A DNA stretch of 64,000 nt. It comes from Tubiluchus corallicola (taxonomy: Eukaryota; Animalia; Priapulida). This document shows positions 50,633 through 62,305 of the stretch, piece by piece. Both the position numbers and the translations under genes were made by a program. Numbering within the stretch: the first letter of the stretch is position 1; every line of letters begins with the position of its first letter. The DNA lies in contig JAQGDQ010000002.1 in the NCBI GenBank assembly GCA_030141605.1, positions 2,728,001 to 2,792,000 of the forward strand, read 5' to 3'. The notes beneath the pieces are model-generated. The model did no database searches and was not told the DNA's origin. It was given only the letters and a program-made list of their open reading frames with translations.

Positions 50633-53600
50633 TCAATAACCACCTCCAATGGCACCGACTTGGCACAGAAACACAACAACAAAAGCCACTGGTAGTGTCA
50701 CGCCAAATAGATAAGACGACTTTACTGGAATCTGAAATATTTTAGCCTGTAAGTTAAATGTTGCTAGAAACAGAAGAAGGGAATCTAGTTCGTCTGCATC
50801 AGTATCCTGATAGCCAAATGGTCGAGCTCGAATAGCATGACCCAGTTTACTTAATGAGGAAAATGAAGCAGTGACACGAGCTGCCTGAACAAGAGGTATA
50901 AACAGTATGCCTGTCCACAGAATTAGTGCTGTCACTGTGTGTGCATAACTCACCCATCCAGTTATTAATTCGTGGGTTATGAGAGCATAAACAATTAATG
51001 CTGTGAAACAACCAAAATTGTACATAAGCAGAGATACTGTCATCGCTGACTGGTTGTTTAGCGTTTTCAGCAGTTTATGCATTTCTTGAATTTCTTTGTA
51101 AACTTCTTGCAATGGTATGGCTCGTTCATAGACCCTCTCCCCTAATCCACGTACTGCATATATGAGCAGTTGACACTGTACTGCATATCCAGTTACTATA
51201 GTTATATACACTAAGTGGATAAATGCCAGACATGTGACTAAAAGAATTGTCAACACAATGTCTCCCACTTTACCAGCTATGCATATCCATCTACTAAACA
51301 CTAAGCCACCACCCAGGGAAATGCGGAAAACTAAGTCACCAATGGATAGCAACAACCAAACCAAGCCAAGAAGCAACAGTAGTCTTAGTGCTCTTATTAA
51401 GTTTTTCTGAGACAGATAACCAGAAAATGGATATGGCGATGTTTGAACAAACACTGTTTCCATTAATGTTTGAATATACTCCGAGCTTCCGTATCGCATA
51501 GCATAGAAGGCATGGAAGTAAGCACAGAGGTGTAACAAGTCAGGTAAAATTAAATTCATGTGCAGTGTCCTAATTGGATAAGATGACACTTTATTGCCCA
51601 AAAGAGGCACAGTTGAATTATGTCCCAGATAGACCATTTTATCAGTCCGAAGACTTGCAGCAAACTGTAACACGTAACCAAGAATTATGATTGCCAACAC
51701 AATTACAGGATAAATAATGTTCATTACTTTACATAAGCAAGTTGATATACGCCATTGAGGCTCGTCTGGGATCGGCCGCCATCCTAACACCATCATTAGT
51801 CGTAGGTAAGGTGCAAGTACATTACGTTTACAGTATTCTAGCGCTATGTTGGTTTGGCTGTACTGCATATGTGGTATGTTGGCATCAACAGAGACCTCAA
51901 CAGTGCTGAACTCTCCATCACCATCTTCACTTTGATCACAACTTGGGCACACATCAGATGGCACTTCTGCAAACTGGCTAGACTGATAAGTGGGATGAGA
52001 AAGAGATGCACTTTGAGAAAATGCCGTACCAGGAGGTTGCAGAAAATGCTTGTCCATGTACTTGGTAGCTGTGTTGTTTGAGTTATTTGTTACCTCAGTG
52101 GGTTTACTGCAGTAGTAGTCTCCAAAGGAATGACTTCCCTGCAAAATGACAACAACTCAAATGAATATAATATTGTATAGTAGTTAGTATTTTAGGATTT
52201 TTCACTCTGTACTGTATTACACGATTGACAAACGAAGTACTATGCTAAACGATATATGGCAGATTTACAATAATTTTTACTGAAAAGTCATGCGTAATAG
52301 TGTTGTAGATCTTATCAGAGCAATTACGGACTGGTAATTAACACATTTGCTGTTTTTGACATAGCTGAGTCAAAAATATGCAGTAGTTAAATAGCATCTA
52401 TCTGTTCAACAATAATTTTAGCAAATGGCAATATCAGTCCTGTAGACGCTGTTGACAACTTGGCAGTAGTGTGATACATAATAATTGTAGAAAAAAATTG
52501 ATATTTTTATACAGTTTGGCAAGTGAGGATACAATAAATCATTGATTTAAAGTAGATTGTTGTGATGGAGTTAGAATCTGAAATGGCTTACTTGCATTCT
52601 GATACATTCCTTTTCTGACAGCAGTATCACAGATGAAACCACCCACAGCCAGTATCTAAGCAGTTACCCATCCATTTACTAACCTAGCCTGGCATTGCTT
52701 AACATTGTACACAAGGAACAAAGGTAGTGCACATTATAAACTGGTGCTCCTTAATCAGTAAATGGTGCCCAATTAAAATGTCGTGTTTGTTTTATAAACC
52801 TCTGCTAACAAGCAAACTTTTAGAGACAGTGTGAAATCGTAACTCAAAACACAACAATGAATGGCCTTATGTAATAAAAACATCTACTGACTTAGCTTTT
52901 ACGTTGCGATGTGCATTGGATACAAAGCATTTTGCTGAACATTTGTAGCATTTATACAACTGCAGATTATCCGTTTCAGCAGCAACTACTGAGTCTGATA
53001 TTATTAAACTTTTTCAATATTACAAGCTTGTTTGAGTCGTGTGAGTCGATAACGTGCGTGAAACACCTGTTTTTAAGCTTCAGATGTGGCATCACCGTGA
53101 GCAAATTTAGAAACTACAATAATAATTATATGATATGAAGATAACTTCTAATAAAACGCAAAAATTTGCAAAAAGTAAGCATTGGGCACTCCCATGTATC
53201 TGCAATTTACACTAAGCTTTCAGGTAGTATTAATCATTAAAAATAAAATAATTACCGCGGCAATACCTTGTTCTTTGCTAATGCTTCATAACGTTCATCT
53301 TAATATTCTATTACAGTACAAGTTTTACAACACAGGCACAAACAGATTTATTTGGTTACTTCTATTTTAAACCAACTCTTCACTTTTATTACAGACAACA
53401 GGCACACAGGGCTTCACGGAGGAATTCAGTATGTATAGGCCTATAAATTATTTCGATTTTCAAGTTTTAAGTAGGAAGATATGTCTGAATGAAACAGCTC
53501 ACTGTCGGTTTTTTCGTGCGCAGCATGCCTTGATATCCAGGCAAGTTTATCAACTATTCAAACCTAGTAACCTTGAGAAAAGCTAGGTCGCTGAACTAAA

Positions 53601-53955
53601 CTATTTTGCACGGCATATATTAAATGGTGTCAGCAGTGGAAAATTCCCATGGCTAAAAAATGACTGAATGAAATATAGGTTATTCGATGTCATTCTGTTA
53701 ATGTCACTGGCATTGTATTGTGACCCAGTTTTCAATTGCGTACCAGAATACCAGCGCTTTATTATTATCTTACCAACGATTTCAATGCTTGCATACTTAT
53801 TGAAATTCACAATACTAATCAAAAACTGCAATTACACGAGAAGCAGGAGAAAAGGTCGACCCTTGTTCTCTCGGGCTTTATCGTGCAAAGAATATAAGTA
53901 GGCCTACACTAATTATACATGATATTTTAACGAAAAGGCAATTTCTTACCAGCAT
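50633..53955 (-). CDS. Gustatory-receptor-like 7TM ion-channel-superfamily protein (main exon 52138-50633; probable micro first coding exon 53955-53950)
   Basis: 502-codon exon with ~7 hydrophobic segments after a polar N-terminus; C-terminus ELDSLLLFL...AKIFQIPVKSSYLFGVTLPVAFVVVFLCQV resembles the Gr/Grl TM7 signature (hhhhhQ). Acceptor ttttgcag at 52139; upstream ATG CTG|GTAAG gives phase 0. Coding status is secure; family and 5' end less so. Confidence 0.75.
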
Positions 53956-56790
53956 GACTGTCCTTGTTCCTGTCGAATTTCATGAGGCTTTCTGACAAAT
54001 AATCACGCAATGACCTTTAAATAGTTATTAATAGTATAGTAAGGGTCTCATCAAACAAGGTTTTCTGGTCTTTTAACGCACAAAATTTAACACACAATAA
54101 TGTAAACGAGCCTCTCCACTACTTCCAGGCATCACCAGTCGAACTAACTTGCAACACGTGAGATAGGTTGGTGCGAAAGTGATCATTGATGCGAACGATT
54201 TCGCGATAATACAGTAGTTTTATTGGACGTAAATTAAAGGAAAATGCAAGTCGAAACGGATAAAACGCATTTTTTTATGATATGACGACAGCCTTCAGGC
54301 AGGCGAGGGAAATAGCTGAATGCTAACGACGTGTTCAACGTCTTAGATCACTAAATTTAAAGCTTTCCAGTTCAAATAAAAGCTTTATTCTGATTTTTAC
54401 GCGGTTTATTTCTTGCGAACCCTGTAGGAACCCTGAAAAGACGGAGAAGATGGTTTATTTCGTCCGCAATCCGGTTCAGAGAATGGAATTTAATCACTGT
54501 GAAATTTAATAGGAAAAATTATGCTCATCACGTCGTTCTTTGTATTTCTTTTAGGACTATATAAAAAGTAAAACATGATGTAAGAATAACGAGTCATTAA
54601 ACCAGTTTTCAAAAAAGATTACTAATCAATGCGCATCGCTAGAAATACATGACCAAGTCTTCGTGTTTTTGATTAAATTCTGAGGGTTAAGATTAATGAC
54701 TCGTAAAAACGCACACCTATTTGCTGATTGTTATTAGTAATTACGCGCTTTAAGCAATATAGGCTAAAAGGCTTTCAATAGTGATGTTTCTATATTTTAT
54801 CTCTTTTCCGTCTTTGCTTAGTGTTTTTGTGCCTTGTTGGCAATTTCTCTTATATTCTGTGCAACTTGTACGTCATGTTCTTCACAAATAAAAAACAGGA
54901 CACACTGAATTTGTGTACAAAACTTTCAGACCTACAGTGGTTGTTCCCTAAAGTTGATTTAAGCATACCTTAACAAAGCTTCTTAAGGCAACAATGACAA
55001 TTATCTAACAGATGGCAGTAAAATGACAAAATTGTATACCCGGTTGTGGAACTCCTGAAGAAATTATTGAGTATATCACCAAAGGTAAAATTTTTGAGTT
55101 TGTAAACACATTTTAATTTTTACAGGCGGTTAAACTACTGAAATCTATACCAGACGCCATTTTGGCTAATCATTTCGCAAAAACAAAATTCACATGTGTC
55201 ACAAGTTTGTCATATGTGATACTTGAGTTACTCGCTTGAGACGTTGCCTTACAAACAGATCTGTATCTCCGTGAAGCCGGTGATTGTTCTCGTTGGTGTT
55301 TATGTAATAAAGTTTTAGCCAGTTTTTATATGGTGATGTCACAATAGAATAATTTCGCATTCTAAATGTTGATAAACTATGGCAACGTAAATGCTGTTCC
55401 GAATAGCATATTCACAAAATGGATTCCATGGAAACGGTAAACGGTGTTTTAAAACGACATGTGAGGTAAAAACCAAATGCTTCGCATTCCGGACAAATTT
55501 TTGTAAAATGTGCGAGACAAATTCCTTTATTAAACTCGTACGAACATGAGTTGAAAATCAATGAAAATGTACAATTATGTGCATTGCAAACACATGCCGA
55601 AACAACCCAACTTAATTCTTAATGTGTGAAGTCAAAATGTGAATTTAGGAGCGCAGAATTGCTATTTGGGGTATCTTATACTGTTTCTTTTCTAATCGAT
55701 TATGCACTATTGAAGTTAGAAACTGACAACCTTGATCCCAAAACTGTGTCGACAACCTGCAGCAGAATTTGCTGTTCTTGATTTCTATTGTTGTCTTAAA
55801 AAACAACAAATTTAGGAACAGCATCAATTTTCTTAACGACCGTACTGCTGTCATTCTGTCACACCATGGCCCTAAGAAATACGCTGTTCGTTATAAAGAA
55901 CAAAAACAACCTTGAAACTTTTTCCAGAACATGGATGAGCCCACGGCGATGACGGCAATGGCAACAAAGGCATCGTTACATATTGAGTCAATTATAGGAT
56001 GGAATTCGTTGTCCAGGCCAGCATAGCAGCATCATGTGGACTCTTTCAGAGGATTATCGAGGATTGACATCTAATTGTAATGATAAAACGAAAAGTAACG
56101 ATGCAATGAAAAGCAAACCAAACCCCACGCTCTTACATTTAATAAACTTTTTAAATCACTTTTTTTGAAATTCTTTTTTGTCCGAAAACTAGAATTTTTG
56201 CTGTACCCACAATTTTACAACTAATACTTGAATATTAGCTTCGATAAACATTATACAAATGTAACATATTTACAGAATTGTACGGGTTATTTTTATTTTT
56301 AGTAAAATAATAGTGATTTTATACAAATGTTATTATTAATTAAGCACAATTATGGGATTAAATAATAGGTGTGTTAGTCAAAAGAGCTGTTTTGAGGGAA
56401 ATGCAAGGAGTCCGGGAGGCGTTTATGTGGAAAAATAAATAGATGTCAGGCGTCTTTCATTACTCAGCTGTCTCAACACAATAACCCACCCATTTCTTCA
56501 TTGGATTTTAGTCGATTCCATTTTGTCGATTTTATCATTGAACAACGGACATCATTTTTTTTATCGTAGTTATCCAATTTTTTGTTTAGTGATTACTGTA
56601 GAACTTAAATTGAGAATGTAAAATTACGGATTTCGCTTTTAAGAGAAATTTTGCAATGTCGAGTTAGCTCGATGAAAATCGTAAGTGTGTCAGCCATTTA
56701 AGTGTCGTGCCTTACAGCTAAATGTTGTAACGTATAGCATAAGCATCAGTTGATAAAGGCAGAAAGTTTGCGGATGTCCAAACTCTGCAA

Positions 56791-57111
56791 CATAGGCGCA
56801 CGAGCCGAGTAAGGCTGGGGGGGGGGGCTGCAGCTTCCCCCTCCCCCCCGGATTCGGGCAGTCATCAAATTTATCCAGGCACCGGCCAAGTGATGAAAAA
56901 ATAAAATAATATTTTTCATAAAAGGAGATCTCGAAATTTCACCATGCTGCCAAATGAAGTGCCAGAAATCCGGGCTTTTGCTTATCATGGAGTGGGGTGA
57001 GGCAATTCCTGACTCGAAGTTGATCTGCGCTTTTTCCGGGTTGGCGTTGTAGTTTTAGGGCAAAAGTGGCTCAGCCCCCTCCCTCTGAAAAAATGGGCCC
57101 GTACGCTCATG
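56791..57111. mobile_element. hAT MITE
   Basis: TIRs CATAGGCGCACGAGCC / GGCCCGTACGCTCATG with perfect 8-bp TSD CTCTGCAA on both sides. Confidence 0.88.
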
Positions 57112-57484
57112 CTCTGCAAGTGGTAGTTCAGAGGTGTTTCTGTCTATCTTCGAATACCTGGCGGGTTGATGTTGCGAAGATTCTCACAAGTGACAAGTTT
57201 CTAACAGCTCGATGCCGAGCAACTATTAAGTAATTTTTATTCAAAAGAAATGACTGTTTGCCTTTCCACAACCATTAATATTAATTTTATACACATTCGC
57301 CCTGTATAAATTTGCAGAGCGAGAGGCTATCTGTCAGTACTGGAAGCGTAACCAGGGCAGGAAAAAATGTTTTCTGGATGAAAACGTGCTCAGGGTGACA
57401 ATAAACAGACAAAAATGAGACTGTCGCCAGGCAAATCATACCCTAAATGATACATGAAATGTCACAGAATTATTTTATTAATGA

Positions 57485-57649
57485 GGCACGTGACATGGCG
57501 CGAGAAGGGATCGTTCCCCGATGGCGAGGTGTCCTTGGGAGAGTGACTGACCTCACGTGTATAAAAGGGGATGAAAGATAGCTGGAAAGCACGTTACCTG
57601 GCTAACATTTGAAGCATTGACGTCTTATCGTTTCATTGGTAGTATCAAG
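57485..57649 (+). promoter_or_regulatory. TATA promoter with E-boxes and non-coding exon 1 of the Phe/Tyr-rich gene
   Basis: CACGTG at ~57487 and ~57553, TGACCT adjacent, TATAAAAG at ~57560, donor AAG|GTAAGA at 57649/57650. Confidence 0.65.
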
Positions 57650-58344
57650 GTAAGAAATTGCAATTATTGGCATAGTATAGGTTTGTTTAATACCAGTATA
57701 TCAGTTTCAATCCCGAAAATTAACGCTTTTAAAAAAAGTAATCTAACTTGTAAGCGTTAATTGTAAGTAGGCCTAAACTTTATTTTCATTACACTAAACT
57801 AATTGAGTAATATTCTTTAATTTATAATATGAACAGTTTCCTTCTGATGATAACTTAAATTTAGTGTTGTTTACGGAAAAACGATTACCACTAACTACCA
57901 CCACCCCTTTTGGATCCCGGCCATACGGGATCCATTGTGTCAAAGCATATACAAACTGTGGCAAATCGGTGGTCAAGTGTGCTTAGTTGGTATGCGAAAT
58001 GGAAAAAATTAAAAAAAACACGTATCATTATTTTTCTGCCTCACTTTGGTGCAGGTCATTCAGTTTATTGCTTATGTTGGCATTTGGCTTGATTAAACTT
58101 TGTTCTATTGTTTAAGGTGCATGTGAATTTTACAGTGAGATACACTGCATTTTTTTACAGTTCTTATGCAGATCATCCTCACGACATACCAGTGTTACTC
58201 CATTTCCTAAATTTCTTATTGACCTCATCAGCTGCGTTACTTGGGGATAATCTCAAGTTTTGCCGGCTTCTATATTGTTTACGAGTGAAGTAATGGTTTT
58301 ATATAATAAAGTTAACTAGAAAATTTATTCTGCAGGTAAACGTC

Positions 58345-61300
58345 ATGAAGGTGTTTGCTCTTGCCACAGTACTTCTAGCGGCGTCCGCTCACGCGGTTTT
58401 CCAACCGGCAGTGGAAAACATCCTTCCCTATTTCGACCAAGGGCAGGTGGATCAGGTAGAAATTACACCAATATAGATTTTGCTGTAGAGTCATTTTGAT
58501 CGATTTTTTTCTATTTAGCCGGCATTTGTTTTTTTTCTACTTTCCTCGGTAGGCTAGACTGCTCGTTTCTTTTTTCTATTGTATGCACATTCGTTATAAC
58601 TTTTGAATAACATTGAATAAACCATTAGCACTGATTATTGCACAAGCATTATTTCAGTGTTGTACATCGCTTGTTTTATAAATTAAGCAGTCACAAAAAT
58701 CATCCATTACGTGTACTGTAATTAATAGCTAACCTATTTACAACCTTTTCGGTCGACCTAAGAAAGATTTTTAAAAAGTTCTTATTGTTGCAACATTAAT
58801 GCTTTAGTGATTAGCTGTGATGAATGATAAAAGTAAGCATCAACTAATTCATAATTTACAAGACAAGTGTTGATGATGATAGAACATGTTTTACTCTTTT
58901 TTCGCTAGGATGTGTACAACCCGTACGGCAACGTAGACACGCCCACGATAGACGATTTCAAGACGAACTTTAACTTCGACAAAACCGTCTTCCAGCGCTT
59001 TTTGAAAAGTCGCTTCTTTTACAGGTAAGTTGATGCGTTTGTTTGACAAATTAATTAAGATTTGCCGTAACAAAATCTTACTGTTTTTCATTGAGTTCAA
59101 ATTTTACATTATTTATTATTTATTCTCCGGCACTTTAACTCTTAATAACTCGTAAGTCTTGCAAGCTAGGGTCGCCAAACTCACAGGGTTGGTAGCCCTG
59201 GGCAGGGGACGTACAAATGTATAGCAACCGCTGACCACTGGTATTTTTCACAAAATTTTTCACTGAATTTTTTTTCACAAGTAGTTGCGTACTGTGGGGC
59301 AGGTGTGCACCTGGGGTTTAAAAAGCTGACAAGTGTTTTCGTTCATTTCCTCCTGTCAAACCACCGTCTCACAGTCAACCAGTTAAATATTTACATTGCT
59401 CTTTAACGTTTTTTTTCAATTCAATTCAGAATTTTATTTATCTCTCTTAATAAGATTATATAGGTATGAAATTATAGCTAGTAGATTATATTAACAAAAT
59501 GGAGACGAGGTGGCGATTGGCCAGGAGCCATCGAGCAGCCACCCCTATACAAATAAACGATTTCTAGATATTACAGCTTTTTTAACACAATATATGTGTT
59601 ATGTCACTGAGTTGTGCATACTATATGCTGTGGATTTAATACAACAGAAATACAGTTATGTGACACGACAGCCTACAATAGCAGCCTACAAAAGCCAAAC
59701 TATATTATTTTAGATTCGTCCAGAGCGATATCTTCAGAGAATTCTTCCGATTTGATGGTTTGGTCGATTATCTACGAGATACCACCGTTCTTGAGTTTTT
59801 CCGGGATCCGGAATTCAGACGCACTTATGATTATGATCCAACCTATTTCGTCAAGTTCTTACAGAGTCCGGAATTATTCAGGTAAATTTTAAGAAAATTT
59901 ACGATGATGAGGCTGTAAATGGAAGCCATGTGACTTGACTTGATCGTGTAGCAGACTTTTGCTCTAAGACATTCCCCTGAATCTCTATATGTAGGCGGAA
60001 GCACTCAAGTTTAATACATGTAATATGAGCCACAGAACCAGTAAGGTGCTGTGGAAAAATAAGCAAGAAAATACCAAACAACTACTTGTAGCTTGTCTGA
60101 TGCTCGATACTTGAATGATTTTCTTAGTGATTTTTGTCAATGACCTTGGTGCAGTATTACCTGTGGTTATTCATTATGCAACTAAATGAATTATTCCAGT
60201 GTTAATCGTTTGTATCCGTATGTGTGTGTCCGTATATGTGTGAGCACAAAATTTCTGCGTCCCAACACCTGGTGACCTGGAGCACGTGTTCTTTAGCTTT
60301 CGAAATGCTGCACTTACCCATGGTTTATTAACTTCATTTTCGCTATTCCATTTAGGTACTTCGAAACGGACGAATTCCTCAACTTCTTCAGAGATTTCCG
60401 CCGTGGACCTTTCAGACGATACCTCTATGGCGACTACTTCGTCAAACATGTCGGAAATGAGTTTTTCACTGATTTCTTGAAGACATCAGATATCAGCGAT
60501 TCTTTCTTAGAGTTCTTCGACGAATACTTGCCACTTGATAGGGGTAAGTGCTCAGTAGGTGTGTACATGATTATAAGCTATGAGACTAAAATACTTGAAA
60601 ATTTTGATTACCGAAGAAATCAAACAATGAACCTATATAGCCAAGCATGGTCTGTGCCACTGCTTATAACTTTCTAGAGTGAATACGAACTATAATATTG
60701 CATTAGCTTATTAACAAGAGGGTTGCACTTATGTAGCCCAGCTTGGTCTGTGCCACTGCTTACAAGTTTCTAGAGTGAATATGGACTATAATATTGCCTC
60801 AGTTTTTTAACAAGAAGGTTGTTTCAGTTACAATTACTTTTGGTCGACGGCTCATCTGGATGTTGTTGTCGTCGTCGTCGTCGTCTTTCTTCTTCTTGTT
60901 CTTCTTTTTCTCGTCCTCCCTTGTCTGGCAAATGATCCTTTTGAAATTAGAATTGTTAATAATTATGCAACAGAGTCAAGGCTTGCTTGGCAGCAACTTT
61001 GCATTTACCATTTAACAAACAGTTTGCGAAAATTGAAGAAAGTTACAATAGTTACAAAATTACATTCTTGAAATTGCCCCATTTTGTATTAGTCACATAA
61101 TTAGTGAATTGACTATATAAATTTAGTAACATGTTTTTGTCACTTTCAGAATCAAGAGAGTTCTTTCCATACAGGAGATACATGCTCCTATATATTCTAC
61201 ATGATCCTTACTTTTACTTCCATGTCTACCAATACGGACGCACTCTTCCCGTGTATAAGAAGATCTTTTACAACTTCCCACATCTGGATGAGATTTTCCA

Positions 61301-62305
61301 GAATTTCCGGTCAGTAATACAAATTATGATATTAGAAAACCATGTTGCAATGTTTAATTCTTGGTGATGGAGTAGTGAGTGAATTTCAGTTTTTGTTACT
61401 ATAGTTAGTAACATTACAGCAATGAACGGTCCTTACAGGAGCTATAATAAAAAACGGATATTTTTTTCACAAAAAGCTAATGTTATAGTTGCTACAAGTG
61501 CTTCTCAAAATTTCCAGAAAAAAAAACTTTTCTATTTTACATGTATTTCTCACTATAATTTTGCAGTTATCATACTGGGACGACGACATTCACACCGGTG
61601 GACAACACTCAGCTGCCAAGGTTCACTGAAACTGAGCATGAATTTTTCCGGCAAATCCCTGTGGAACGTCTCACTCCACGTTTGATCAATTATTACAGAG
61701 AACGTTTCGGTATCCCAGAGGAGTACCTCTACTACCTGTTGAAGCGTTACAATCCCACATACTTCAGAAACAGATGGACTGTACGGCCAGGCCAGTTCAC
61801 TGAGGAGGTGCCAAAACGCACTTTTTACCCAGTCGAGAATATTGTTCGTCGTCCATATTATCCAGTTAATAACGAAATTGGGGGGTTATTCCGCACTAAT
61901 GACAGATTTGTACCTTACAATCGATACCCTTTTACCTTCTATCCCACCAGTCGAGTTTTTCCAACTACATGGTTTCCCAGAAATGAATTTTTTCCCAGAA
62001 ATAAACCCACGTACAATGTCGACCGGCCCTATCTCACATATCCGGTTGATCAGTTTTACCCTACAAGTAACACTCCCACAGTAACTAACCGCTTTTTCCC
62101 ATCCCGCGAAGACACATTGATTAATCACTACCCTTTTTACATTAACAATTTCCCCATTGATCAGTACTATTACCCAAAACAGACTGTTGTCCCATATAAT
62201 ACCAGATACCCCCGCTTTGATGTGAACGATGTTCCTAATTATGTCGATTACACAAACTACAGAGACGTACGACCTTATTACAGAAATAATAAGTTACAAT
62301 ATTAA
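58345..62305 (+). CDS. Secreted Cys-free Phe/Tyr/Arg/Asp-rich protein (exons 58345-58455, 58909-59024, 59714-59881, 60356-60543, 61150-61309, 61567-62305; ~493 aa)
   Basis: Signal peptide MKVFALATVLLAASAHA; six GT-AG exons with compatible phases (0,2,2,1,2) summing to 1482 nt; GC-elevated exons against AT-rich introns; Tyr/Pro/Arg/Asn-rich last exon; AATAAA downstream. Confidence 0.88.
59415..59544 (-). mobile_element. LINE/SINE 3' end remnant
   Basis: Minus strand GGGTGGCTGCTCGATGGC...GCCAATCGCCACCTC hairpin, then AATAAA and (TGAAT)n tail. Confidence 0.5.
60632..60825. repeat. ~98-bp tandem duplication in an intron
   Basis: tggtctgtgccactgctta...tttctagagtgaata...actataatattgc occurs twice. 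Confidence 0.85.
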
